The notes below the pieces were generated by a model. It made no database searches, was not told the origin of the DNA, and worked only from the letters and a program-made list of their open reading frames with translations. From a virus (lineage: Duplodnaviria; Caudoviricetes), in the IMG/VR virus record IMGVR_UViG_3300037424_001249, positions 1-51,040 of that record: a DNA stretch of 51,040 nt, one strand, 5' to 3'. A program made the translations under genes and the position numbers. Positions 1-8,174 of this stretch are shown one piece after another. Numbering within the stretch: the stretch's first letter is position 1; every line of letters begins with the position of its first letter.

Positions 1-208
1 AGGTCCTTATTTTTCAGGTTTCTCACCTCGAGCCAACCACCCACCTATAAATCGTAGACTTGCTCACACCTAATTTCTTGCTTATTTCTTTAAGGGTTAG
101 TTTTTGTTCTGTGTACATTTTTCGTGCCTGCTCTTTTCGTGAGTCCTCCTCCGGTTCAGGTTCCTCGACTTCAACGCTGAATTCCTTGCGCTGCTTTCCG
201 TTCGGGAG
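1..208. repeat. Terminal overlap with the window end (circular or permuted assembly)
   Basis: 1-127 is identical to 50677-50803; 94-208 is identical to 50926-51040. Confidence 0.9.
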
Positions 209-1663
209 CGAGGTAACCCCGCGGAACGTGATTCGTACTTGGGCGCCCACGTCGACCTTGCGCATGCGCGCGTCGAGCTGTGAGGTCCCGGGCAACACGT
301 GGCGTCGCTTGGTTCCGAGTACAGTGTAGCGCTTCTGCCAACCGTAGATCGTACCCTCCTCTGTCGCGCCCTCGTACACGCCCTCGATGACTCGCCCGGG
401 AGTTGTCCAAGCAATCGACACTGGCGGTAGGTCTGACGCAGGTGTACGAGGAGTGTCTTCACTCGAGAATTCCTCTCGTTCCGCGTCTGGAATCGTGACC
501 AGCGCAGCACGTTCCGCAGCTTCGCGCGGCTTCTCCTCGCCACACGACGGACACTTCGACCCCGAAAACAACGCCAGGCACTTGGGGCAAGTGGTGAGCG
601 ACGGAGGGTCTTCGTTGCGCGCATGGAGGGAGTAGTCGCGCTCTTGGTCCGGTAGCCCATGCCGCTCGATGACGAAAGCGTGATCGTGGATCCGGGCGGT
701 GACATCGTTCCAGGGACGTCGAACGCGACCCATCATTTGGATCGCTCGCGTCAGGCTCATGGTGGGGCGTGCCAGCACGCAACACTTGAGGCGCGGGATG
801 TCAAGGCCCTCTACGGCGATCCCCACGTTGCACAGGACCTTGGTCACGCCGCTGTCAATACGTCGCAAGGTGGCGCGACGAGCCTCTAGAGGAGTTGACC
901 CGTCAAGGTGTTCGGCAGTCACGCCAGCGGCGCGGAACTGCGCAGTCAATTCCAGAGAGTGTTCCACGGTCACCGCAAATACTACAGTCGAGAGGTGAGA
1001 GGCGTGCGCAAGCCACTGTTCTACAACGTTGGCCACAAGCTGAGGCGCACGCATGGCGGCGGCTGACTGTTGCTCGTTGTACTCACCGCCCACCGTGCCG
1101 ACCTGCGAGAGATCTGGAGCCTTGTACGCGAATCCCACGTAGGGGCAAAGGTGGCCTTGACGACGCAACTCGTCCGGGCTTGAGACCACAATGGTTGCGT
1201 CATAACTGCCGGAGAGAGGCTTGCCGCCAAGTCGCCAAGGGGTGGCTGTGACTCCAAGGATCCATGCCCGGGGGTATTGGTCTAGGATCGTTTGCCATGT
1301 CTTCGCTGTTGACAGGTGGGCTTCGTCACAAATCACAAGCCCCGCGGGTGGGCACTCTCGACGAATCAATGTCTGGACGCTGGCGACCTGGACTCGAGCT
1401 GATTTGCGAGGTTCCTCCCCTGCCATGATCAGCCCGAAACCAACACCGAATTCTCGGAGTCGGTTGCAGGCCTGATCGGCAAGTTCTCGGCGGTGGACGT
1501 TGATCAACACCCTGCAAGGTACATCGCTCGCTAAGCTTGTGAAAATACTGGTTTTCCCAGAACCCGTGGGAGCAACCGCCAACACTCTGCGCGCACCTGC
1601 CCGAAATGCGTCAAGAATTGATTTGAGTCCATCGGCCTGATACGCGCGGAGTGTTTGTTTCAA
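23..1663 (-). CDS. SF2 (DEAH/ResIII-like) helicase with Zn ribbon, C-terminal OB-like domain and HTH
   Basis: Walker A APTGSGKT, DEAH, TATP, motif VI QMMGRVRR, CPKC..CPSC, C-terminal LTLKEISKKLGVSKSTIYRW HTH. Confidence 0.9.
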   Translation of the reverse strand: MKQTLRAYQADGLKSILDAFRAGARRVLAVAPTGSGKTSIFTSLASDVPCRVLINVHRRELADQACNRLREFGVGFGLIMAGEEPRKSARVQVASVQTLIRRECPPAGLVICDEAHLSTAKTWQTILDQYPRAWILGVTATPWRLGGKPLSGSYDATIVVSSPDELRRQGHLCPYVGFAYKAPDLSQVGTVGGEYNEQQSAAAMRAPQLVANVVEQWLAHASHLSTVVFAVTVEHSLELTAQFRAAGVTAEHLDGSTPLEARRATLRRIDSGVTKVLCNVGIAVEGLDIPRLKCCVLARPTMSLTRAIQMMGRVRRPWNDVTARIHDHAFVIERHGLPDQERDYSLHARNEDPPSLTTCPKCLALFSGSKCPSCGEEKPREAAERAALVTIPDAEREEFSSEDTPRTPASDLPPVSIAWTTPGRVIEGVYEGATEEGTIYGWQKRYTVLGTKRRHVLPGTSQLDARMRKVDVGAQVRITFRGVTSLPNGKQRKEFSVEVEEPEPEEDSRKEQARKMYTEQKLTLKEISKKLGVSKSTIYRWVVGSR

Positions 1664-2013
1664 GGGGTGAAGTCCTTGATTTTGCAGGGGTTCGGATCAC
1701 GTTTCGTGTGTTCGTACAGCCCGTCAACCCACGCGTTGATCTCGTCCGAGTGGTCAGGTGGGCTCAAATCAACCCCGTTGTTCTGAGTCGGCCCCCAGTA
1801 GGTGGCTGTGGGGGCGAAGCCGGATCCTGCGAGGTAGATTCCGACCGCTGGCTTCCCGTTCGACTTGACCCACGTCAGACCATCGGTCTTGACCAAGGCT
1901 CTGCGGGCGATTGCGGCAGTCCCGTTCGTACCGGTCGTCAGGCCAAAATAATCATCTCCATCAGGTGTCATGGGTCGGATAGTACTTCCTCGGACGATCG
2001 TGCGGTAATTCAT
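1660..2013 (-). CDS. hypothetical protein
   Basis: 117-aa ORF overlapping both neighbours by 4 nt, consistent with translational coupling. Confidence 0.65.
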   Translation of the reverse strand: MNYRTIVRGSTIRPMTPDGDDYFGLTTGTNGTAAIARRALVKTDGLTWVKSNGKPAVGIYLAGSGFAPTATYWGPTQNNGVDLSPPDHSDEINAWVDGLYEHTKRDPNPCKIKDFTP

Positions 2014-2204
2014 TCGCAGTGCTCCTTGATGTTGCGCGTGGCGACGACTCGTGCGCCATAGGCCTCCTTGGCGAGGTTCTCAAGACACGCGACCCTGGTC
2101 TCAAGGGCTTCGATGTGCTGGATCAAGATGCTTGTAATTACAACCTCGCGGTACGCTGGCCATGCGGCCGGGGGCAACCGCACAAGAATTTCATCAATGA
2201 TCAT
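2010..2204 (-). CDS. hypothetical coiled-coil protein
   Basis: ATG at 2204 overlaps the upstream TGA (ATGA). Confidence 0.6.
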   Translation of the reverse strand: MIIDEILVRLPPAAWPAYREVVITSILIQHIEALETRVACLENLAKEAYGARVVATRNIKEHCE

Positions 2205-2335
2205 GACTTGACCTGAGCCAAGCGATACCGGTTGACAATTTCCTGAGTCCAAGGCTGCCCCGGCTTGAGGCCGTACTTGGCTCGCTCCGCGGCCATCTCA
2301 ACTTCAAACGCCAGACATGCTTCGTAAAACGTCAT
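2201..2335 (-). CDS. small hypothetical protein (44 aa, MTFYEACLAFEVE...)
   Basis: Translated by hand; AAGGAG RBS upstream; ATGA overlap with the next gene. Confidence 0.6.
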   Translation of the reverse strand: MTFYEACLAFEVEMAAERAKYGLKPGQPWTQEIVNRYRLAQVKS

Positions 2336-2395
2336 TGTATTACTCCTTGCTGTTAGACTAGCTGAGGTGGGGAGTCGAACCCCACGGCACCACTC

Positions 2396-2629
2396 TCAGT
2401 TTGCGTCACACGATCCAGCAACGAGAGTGAGACCTCGCCGACCTGGGAGCGGGGCCTCAGTGTGGCAGAGCCCGGCGGCGCACGCACGACCCACGATCTG
2501 GTAGCCGTAGCAGAGAGAGCCGTGGGGGCCAATTTCGCTTGCGGCGTCGATCATAGCCATCGGCCCACGACGCTCCAGGAGGTCTGCCAGCTTCTGCATC
2601 TTCGGTCCGACTCGGTTGGGCTTGTTCAT
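2396..2629 (-). CDS. small hypothetical protein, possibly winged-helix; first gene of sigma54 cassette 1
   Basis: ATG 14 nt downstream of the -12 GC. Confidence 0.6.
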   Translation of the reverse strand: MNKPNRVGPKMQKLADLLERRGPMAMIDAASEIGPHGSLCYGYQIVGRACAAGLCHTEAPLPGRRGLTLVAGSCDAN

Positions 2630-2643
2630 GTGTTTGGAGTATT

Positions 2644-2735
2644 GCAGTTTGGGGGCCAAGGTTTCGCGTCAGTGATTATGACACGTTGGACTTCTACGGA
2701 GTGGGTCATTCGTTGACGGTGGGTGCCGATTGCGC
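2644..2735 (-). promoter_or_regulatory. sigma54-type promoter plus upstream motif, cassette 1
   Basis: TGGCCCCCAAACTGCA (GG-N10-GC) on minus; GGGTCAT..GGTGGGTGCCGAT at 2703 on plus. Confidence 0.7.
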
Positions 2736-2741
2736 TACACT
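2713..2741 (+). promoter_or_regulatory. sigma70-type promoter for the gpZ-endolysin pair
   Basis: TTGACG-N17-TACACT, with ATG 7 nt downstream. Confidence 0.6.
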
Positions 2742-2748
2742 TCGGGCC

Positions 2749-3297
2749 ATGGAATTGAAATTGGAGTGGAGTGCGCCAGCTTTCTGGCGTGCCCGGGGAC
2801 TCGAGAGGGCCTTGCTCAAGTCCCTGAGAATGGGCGGGAGAGACGCCATTCGAGCGATGAAATCCCAAGGAAACAAGACGGTTAGGGCGCGCAAGAAGCT
2901 CAAGGTTTCGCGTGTGAACAAAGGTATGGAAACCACTTCGCCGGTGGGCGCTAGCTCCATCAACGACCTTGTGTGGACCATGTCGGTGGACAACGCTCCG
3001 ATTCGCCTTGTGGACTACCCTCACCGTCAAGGTAAGCTTGGGACGACGGTGCAGGTCAACGTGGGTGCGCGTAAGTTGATCAAGTCGGCCTTCGAAGCCA
3101 AAATGAGGTCTGGTCATGTAGGCGTGTTCATGCGCGAAGGTACAGCCAGACTGAAGATCAACGAGCTTTTCACCTCCCGACTGACCGACGTGTTCAAGGA
3201 TCACGGTATGATTCCGGCGCTGCAAGAACGCGCACAAACTGCGTTTCAGAAGACGTTCGACCGAGTATTCCCTCTTGAGTGTGCAAAGGTGCGATAA
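2749..3297 (+). CDS. lambda gpZ-like minor tail / tail completion protein
   Basis: Basic protein with IKSAFEAKMRSGHVGVFMREG..RLKINELF, typical of the GPZ family. Confidence 0.65.
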   Translation: MELKLEWSAPAFWRARGLERALLKSLRMGGRDAIRAMKSQGNKTVRARKKLKVSRVNKGMETTSPVGASSINDLVWTMSVDNAPIRLVDYPHRQGKLGTTVQVNVGARKLIKSAFEAKMRSGHVGVFMREGTARLKINELFTSRLTDVFKDHGMIPALQERAQTAFQKTFDRVFPLECAKVR

Positions 3298-3731
3298 TGA
3301 AAGATATCCTCTCGAAGGTGTCACCGAAGTTTGCCGCGCAGATCCGCACGCTCCAGAGCGCGTGCAAGGCCCTCGGCCACGAGTACCGCCTCACCAGCGG
3401 TCTGCGTACGTACGCAGAGCAAGATGCACTTTATGCGCTCGGGCGCACCAAACCGGGTGGACGCGTGACCAACGCCAAGGGCGGGCAATCGTACCACAAC
3501 TTTGGTCTTGCGGTAGATTTCGTGGCGATCGTGGGTGGCAAGGTGAGTTGGGTCAAGTCTGACTACCAGACACTGGGAAAGGAAGCGCAACGCATGGGGC
3601 TTGTGTGGGGTGGTGTGTGGAAATTCGTTGACATCCCACATGTACAGCGCGGGGAGTATTCCCTAGCTGTGATGGACCGTGCGTTCAAGTCGGGCGGATT
3701 GCCCGCGGTGTGGTCCGCCGTGGGTGCTTGA
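3297..3731 (+). CDS. endolysin, M15 family L-Ala-D-Glu peptidase
   Basis: SGLRTYAEQDALYALGRT, SYHNFGLAVD, WGG.W.FVDIPHVQ. Confidence 0.9.
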   Translation: MKDILSKVSPKFAAQIRTLQSACKALGHEYRLTSGLRTYAEQDALYALGRTKPGGRVTNAKGGQSYHNFGLAVDFVAIVGGKVSWVKSDYQTLGKEAQRMGLVWGGVWKFVDIPHVQRGEYSLAVMDRAFKSGGLPAVWSAVGA

Positions 3732-3870
3732 TCTCGGTGAAGACGTCATTGGCCATGTCGTAGATTTCGGTCAAGTGGATCAGGTGAGCACCTGACCTGC
3801 CTTCTCGGTGCGCTGCAACGATTGCGGCCAACGACTTGAGCAATCGCGTGTGGGCTTGGGCGCGTGTCAT
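3685..3870 (-). CDS. hypothetical protein
   Basis: ORF coupled to the upstream membrane-protein gene; convergent overlap with the endolysin. Confidence 0.4.
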   Translation of the reverse strand: MTRAQAHTRLLKSLAAIVAAHREGRSGAHLIHLTEIYDMANDVFTEIKHPRRTTPRAIRPT

Positions 3871-4016
3871 GGCTTATTCTCTCCGGCCCCGAGGGCAAGC
3901 CACAGCCCGAGCAGGCACGCGGCGCACACGAGCGCTTGAAAGGTGGTCCCGAAAATCCCAAAAATCGTGAGCCACAAGACGCTTGCAGCTAGGCAAATTG
4001 CGACGAGTGATTTCAT
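3867..4016 (-). CDS. small two-TM membrane protein; first gene of cassette 2
   Basis: Two hydrophobic stretches; ATG 13 nt after the -12 GC. Confidence 0.6.
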   Translation of the reverse strand: MKSLVAICLAASVLWLTIFGIFGTTFQALVCAACLLGLWLALGAGENKP

Positions 4017-4029
4017 GATCGTTGTCCTT

Positions 4030-4125
4030 GCATCTTGAGGGCCAGCGCGCAACGCCCATCGAATTCAAGCGCTTGCAACTCGATGGGATGGGTCATTCAC
4101 CGTTGGTGGGTGCCGATTATCGGTC
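4030..4125 (-). promoter_or_regulatory. sigma54-type promoter plus upstream motif, cassette 2
   Basis: TGGCCCTCAAGATGCA; motif GGGTCATTCACCGTTGGTGGGTGCCGATTATCGG at 4090. Confidence 0.75.
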
Positions 4126-4939
4126 ACTCTGACGGGGTTGGTTCCTCAAGTTCCGCCACGAGTCCCACCTTCTCCCCCTCGAGAATCCAGATCGCGAAAT
4201 CCTTGACGTCCTGCGTCAGGCTGGCATCATACTTAGCGAGGAACTTCTTGATCGCCTTCTTGCCCGGGATCTTCGACGCAGGTTTTTCGCCCTTGCTCGC
4301 CTTGACCGCGGCCACAGTTTCCGCAACCGTTGCGCCGTCTTCCAAGGTCTCGAGCTGAGAATCCTGCTCCTCGCGTGCCAGGCCAGCGAGCTTGACCGCT
4401 GCGCTCAGACTCAACTTTCCGGCGCGCACTGCGGAGATCACCTTGGGGGAGCATTCCGAGAGCTTGAGCAGTGACTTGACGTAGCTCACCTCACGCGCGA
4501 AGGTGACCGCGCACTGCTCTTCGTCACGGCCAAGCGACATCAACCTCTGGAGTTTTTCCAGCTTGACGACGGGGTTGTCGTCCGTGCGACACTCGTTCTC
4601 AGCGATCAGGATCGCGACCTGATCTTTGTCACTCGAGCGGTCCACCTTGCAGGGCACCGAGACCAGCTCCTGCCCGTCTTTGGCGAGGATCTCGTTTGCC
4701 GCGAGGGCCCAACGGACACGCTGTCGCCCCGCGACGACTTCGAACGCGTCACCATTGCGCCGGATTACCACGGGCTCGATGATTCCGTGGGCGCAAACGT
4801 TGCGCACCATGGCGGGGTTGAGCGGCATTTCAACTCGCTCATCGTACAGTGGGTGACTCTTGTCAGTGATCAAGACAAGGTCCTCAGGGCGAAAGAAATG
4901 CAGATCCGAGCGGCCAACAGATTGCTTGATAGCTCCCAT
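4124..4939 (-). CDS. parB: ParB/Srx-family protein
   Basis: GIIEPVVIRR..FEVVAGRQR, AENECR, central HTH-like region. Confidence 0.8.
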   Translation of the reverse strand: MGAIKQSVGRSDLHFFRPEDLVLITDKSHPLYDERVEMPLNPAMVRNVCAHGIIEPVVIRRNGDAFEVVAGRQRVRWALAANEILAKDGQELVSVPCKVDRSSDKDQVAILIAENECRTDDNPVVKLEKLQRLMSLGRDEEQCAVTFAREVSYVKSLLKLSECSPKVISAVRAGKLSLSAAVKLAGLAREEQDSQLETLEDGATVAETVAAVKASKGEKPASKIPGKKAIKKFLAKYDASLTQDVKDFAIWILEGEKVGLVAELEEPTPSE

Positions 4940-5223
4940 TACTTACTCTCCTTGACAGTTGTCTGGTACTCTCGCCACGCCAGATCCATAATTTCCCTGG
5001 CCTTGCGTACTGCGTCACGTTCTACGATTTGAGCCTCGATGCAAATTCTGCGGTACTTGTGCCACGCTGCGAGGTCTTCTGGTGACTGATGTCTCACAGG
5101 GTCACCCGGACGATGTGGACCGCGAGCATGGTGCGCATAGCTTGCAATTCGCGCTCCAAGACCAGGGTCCACCCGAGGATATACGACTGACGCACGGACT
5201 CGGGCACGTGCTCCCCAAGACAC
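4939..5223 (-). CDS. hypothetical protein (start uncertain)
   Basis: Stop abuts the ParB start and carries its RBS. Confidence 0.4.
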   Translation of the reverse strand: MSWGARARVRASVVYPRVDPGLGARIASYAHHARGPHRPGDPVRHQSPEDLAAWHKYRRICIEAQIVERDAVRKAREIMDLAWREYQTTVKESK

Positions 5224-5441
5224 TCAAGCCACGTGGGGTCAAGCCCGTCAGACAACGCGCGCGTCATGGTGCTGGTCTGTGTGCCTTTGCGGCACGGGCC
5301 GATTGAGTGCCTTACATCTTGCAACAGGTCGATGACCCAGGTCATCGCATCATCAAGCCCCAAGGCCCCAGCGGCGTCAGGTGTCCAAGTTGGGGAAACG
5401 AGCGCTTGGTTAGTGCCTTCGAAGGCGTCGATCTGGTTCAT
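5094..5441 (-). CDS. hypothetical protein
   Basis: Part of an overlapping minus-strand gene chain. Confidence 0.55.
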   Translation of the reverse strand: MNQIDAFEGTNQALVSPTWTPDAAGALGLDDAMTWVIDLLQDVRHSIGPCRKGTQTSTMTRALSDGLDPTWLECLGEHVPESVRQSYILGWTLVLERELQAMRTMLAVHIVRVTL

Positions 5442-5635
5442 GACTGCGCCTCAGCATACACCGGGCCGTCCCACGCGCTGAGGTAGATTGCGCCCCATTC
5501 GCGGGCAAACGCAGGACTCACGTCATAGTGATCGCACCACTTGTTCCAGGCGACGCAGAAATCCGCGAAGGTAAGGGTTCCGCGCTTCGTCGCATACTTG
5601 TGATACAGCTTGATCAGTTCGGGTTGCATGGTCAC
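5438..5635 (-). CDS. hypothetical protein
   Basis: 4-nt overlaps with both neighbours. Confidence 0.55.
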   Translation of the reverse strand: MTMQPELIKLYHKYATKRGTLTFADFCVAWNKWCDHYDVSPAFAREWGAIYLSAWDGPVYAEAQS

Positions 5636-5868
5636 TTTCCCGCGCGAAACGCGCGTTCGGCCTCGATCTTCGCTTCCAGAGCCCGGCGCTCGACTTCCGC
5701 GGTGTGCTCCTCGATTACTGCGCCACGAAAGGCCTTCTCGGTGTCGCGAATGATTTGCGCCAAGGCCTTGGCACCCTTGAAGTCACTCTGCTCAACTGCA
5801 GTCACGACGCTTTGACGGAGGACATCAAGTGTGATTTTCAGTTCCTGGGCTCTGCTGAGGTCGTTCAT
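5632..5868 (-). CDS. helical hypothetical protein; first gene of cassette 3
   Basis: ATG 14 nt after the -12 GC. Confidence 0.6.
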   Translation of the reverse strand: MNDLSRAQELKITLDVLRQSVVTAVEQSDFKGAKALAQIIRDTEKAFRGAVIEEHTAEVERRALEAKIEAERAFRAGK

Positions 5869-5882
5869 GTCTCCCACGTATT

Positions 5883-5962
5883 GCTTTCTTCGTGCCACGT
5901 TTGTGGGTTGTATTTATGGTGGGTTACAGTCTACGATCGGAGGTCATTCGACGTCGGTGGGT
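5883..5962 (-). promoter_or_regulatory. sigma54-type promoter plus truncated upstream motif, cassette 3
   Basis: TGGCACGAAGAAAGCA; GGTCATTCGACGTCGGTGGGT at 5942. Confidence 0.7.
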
Positions 5963-6798
5963 CAATATGCTTCGGCCTCTTCTCGAGTTTTGAAAAAGTG
6001 AATCCCGGGAGCACACTCCACGCGGATGTCGTCAGAGTAGTTTGGTTCCACCACCCCGGCACCGACTGTGTAAGTGAATCTCGGATCGTGCGTGCTAACG
6101 TAAGGCCCTGCGCCTCCGTCAGACGCACTTAACACTACAGCTCTGTCGCACCTGCACTTCGAGCCCACGAGCGACGCTGTGCGGCGTCCAGTGACAAGCA
6201 GCTCCAACACAGTGCCGTTGACCACCTTTTTCCAGCCGATGAGACCTGCGCTCTGGAGCTGAAAGTCGGGAAGAATGGCACCCCTGAGGTTCGCGCACTC
6301 GAGGTTCGCACCCCTGAGGTTCGCGCACTCGAGGTTCGCGCCCTCGAGGTTCGCACCCCTGAGGTTCGCGCCCTCGAGGTTCGCGCACTCGAGGTTCGCA
6401 CCCCTGAGGTTCGCGCCCTCGAGGTTCGCGCACTCGAGGTTCGCACCCTCGAGGTTCGCGCCCCTGATGTTCGCGCCCTCGAGGTCAGCACCCCTGAGGT
6501 CAGTATACCTGAGGTTCGCGCCCTCGAGGTTCGCATACCTGAGGTTCGCACCCCCGAGGTTCGCACCCCCGAGGTTCGCACCCTCGAGGTTCGCGCCCCT
6601 GAGGTCAGCACCCCTGAGGTCAGCACACCTGAGGTCAGCACCCTCGAGGTTCGCGCCCTCGAGGTTCGCGCACTCGAGGTTCGCACCCCTGAGGTTCGCG
6701 CCCTCGAGGTCAGTACACCTGAGGTCAGCACACCTGAGGTTCGCACCCTCGAGGTTCGCGTCTGGCCTAATCGTAACTTCGTATCCGTTGATGTTCAT
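5962..6798 (-). CDS. pentapeptide repeat protein with C-terminal DUF5758-like domain; first gene of cassette 4
   Basis: About 30 A(N/D)L(R/E)(G/C) repeats (15-bp DNA repeat, ~6280-6760); C-terminal KCRCDRAVVL..ECAPGIHFFKTREEAEAY. Confidence 0.9.
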   Translation of the reverse strand: MNINGYEVTIRPDANLEGANLRCADLRCTDLEGANLRGANLECANLEGANLEGADLRCADLRGADLRGANLEGANLGGANLGGANLRYANLEGANLRYTDLRGADLEGANIRGANLEGANLECANLEGANLRGANLECANLEGANLRGANLEGANLECANLRGANLECANLRGAILPDFQLQSAGLIGWKKVVNGTVLELLVTGRRTASLVGSKCRCDRAVVLSASDGGAGPYVSTHDPRFTYTVGAGVVEPNYSDDIRVECAPGIHFFKTREEAEAY

Positions 6799-6812
6799 GT
6801 GTCGTTGTCCTT

Positions 6813-6908
6813 GCATCTTGAGGGCCACGTTGCCGTGGCCGCGATTTCAAGCACTTCGAGGCCCGTCTGGTGGGTCATTCGACGTCGGTGGGTGCCGATT
6901 ATCGGTCA
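6813..6908 (-). promoter_or_regulatory. sigma54-type promoter plus upstream motif, cassette 4
   Basis: TGGCCCTCAAGATGCA (same as cassette 2); motif at 6872. Confidence 0.75.
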
Positions 6909-7173
6909 GGTCGATTCCGGCGAGGCACGTCAGGGCCTGGCGCGCGTCGGCCAGTTGCTTCTGTAGGTCCTCGATTCGAGTCTGACGCACAGGCCCGGTC
7001 TGACGTGCGATTCTAAGGAGTCTTGCCGCGCCGATCGGCACAACCGACTCAGAGCACACGGCACCGGCGAGCGCAACCTTGTCTGCGTCCACCTTGTGGT
7101 AGTCAGCAATTTGGCTCTCCAGGTACGAGATCAGAATTACCACAGCATCGCAAATATCGCAGACACTAGTCAT
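6847..7173 (-). CDS. hypothetical protein
   Basis: ORF in the minus-strand chain; its 3' end runs through the cassette 4 motif. Confidence 0.5.
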   Translation of the reverse strand: MTSVCDICDAVVILISYLESQIADYHKVDADKVALAGAVCSESVVPIGAARLLRIARQTGPVRQTRIEDLQKQLADARQALTCLAGIDLTDNRHPPTSNDPPDGPRSA

Positions 7174-7174
7174 C

Positions 7175-7396
7175 TCAGACCCACGCGATCGAAAACGGAA
7201 CCCGGGCAGTCTGAGTCACAGGCAGGTCGTACAGTTTGATCCACGGGAGCGCCAACTGACCCGCGGTAGCCGCGTGCGCGTGATCTCGCACAACGTCACC
7301 CGTTACAGGTATCCTTACGGGAAACCTGAACACAGACTTCGAGTCGCCAGCCTTGGGACTCACGGTTACAACGTATTCACAAGTCATTGTTTTCAC
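7175..7396 (-). CDS. hypothetical protein
   Basis: Overlap-coupled ORF. Confidence 0.5.
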   Translation of the reverse strand: MKTMTCEYVVTVSPKAGDSKSVFRFPVRIPVTGDVVRDHAHAATAGQLALPWIKLYDLPVTQTARVPFSIAWV

Positions 7397-7581
7397 TGAT
7401 CACCTCGCATGAAATAATACACAATACCGTCGGGTGAGGTCGCGACGCCCATTGATCGAAACTTGGACAGCCGCCTAATGGTATCCGTGAGGACGGCGTG
7501 AGGATCGGTGCGCCGGGGAGTTACCTGCAACAGGTCGGTCAGGTCTGTGAGCACAGCTTGGAGCTTGTCATTCCAAGTCAC
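7393..7581 (-). CDS. hypothetical protein
   Basis: Overlap-coupled ORF after orn; GAGG RBS. Confidence 0.55.
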   Translation of the reverse strand: MTWNDKLQAVLTDLTDLLQVTPRRTDPHAVLTDTIRRLSKFRSMGVATSPDGIVYYFMRGDQ

Positions 7582-8168
7582 AAGACTACCTCACTCAACA
7601 CCTTGCGCCAATACTGTAATTCCGCGATCGAGCCCTCGAGGTCGGCCAAGGCCCTGTGGTAGGTGTGTCCGCAAATCGTCTCGTAGGTCCTACGGGCCCC
7701 GGGCACTGTCGCGAAACACAGTTCCTTGAGTGTTGACACGTCAAGATTGCGGTAGTGCAAGAAATCCAACACGCGCGGCATTTGCGCCGCGAGCATTGCG
7801 CGATCGAAGTGCACTGAACTACCTGCCAACACAGGGCGTTGGGCGGGGTCTGCGCTAGGGGTGCCGAGATGGCTCTCTAGCCAGTGACACACTCGGATCG
7901 TAGTCAACGCATTGGGCAGTTCCTCGCATGACCACAACTCCTGGAGCAGTCCGCTAGCTTTGTGCATGTCTCGCACATAGGGAGACATGAGGTTATGCAC
8001 ACGGTCAAGATCCTGTCGCACCACCCAACTGGAGCGCGCGACCTCAGTCATATTGTAGTCTGTGATGATGATTCCCACCTCAAGAATCAAATCCTTGGCG
8101 GGGTCGAGGCCGGTAGTCTCGACGTCAATCCAGACAAATCGCTTGAGATTCGCGGGTTCGTTGGGCAT
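7578..8168 (-). CDS. orn: oligoribonuclease (DEDDh)
   Basis: WIDVETTGLD, MHKASGL, LAGSSVHFDR, LHYRNLDVSTLKEL, HRALAD..SIAELQYWR match Orn signature motifs. Confidence 0.9.
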   Translation of the reverse strand: MPNEPANLKRFVWIDVETTGLDPAKDLILEVGIIITDYNMTEVARSSWVVRQDLDRVHNLMSPYVRDMHKASGLLQELWSCEELPNALTTIRVCHWLESHLGTPSADPAQRPVLAGSSVHFDRAMLAAQMPRVLDFLHYRNLDVSTLKELCFATVPGARRTYETICGHTYHRALADLEGSIAELQYWRKVLSEVVL

Positions 8169-8174
8169 GCACAA

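Noticed and set aside
2362-2399. Complete tRNA gene
   Set aside because: No D arm or anticodon arm is present; kept only as a minihelix-like finding.
6280-6760. Possible CRISPR array or diversity-generating repeat
   Set aside because: These are contiguous in-frame 15-bp units with no spacers, and no cas or reverse transcriptase gene is visible.
6119-6985. Long alternative-frame ORFs (RFAP.., ARTS.., REPQG..)
   Set aside because: They are shadows of the 15-bp pentapeptide coding repeat; the A(N/D)LxG frame has the recognisable C-terminal domain.
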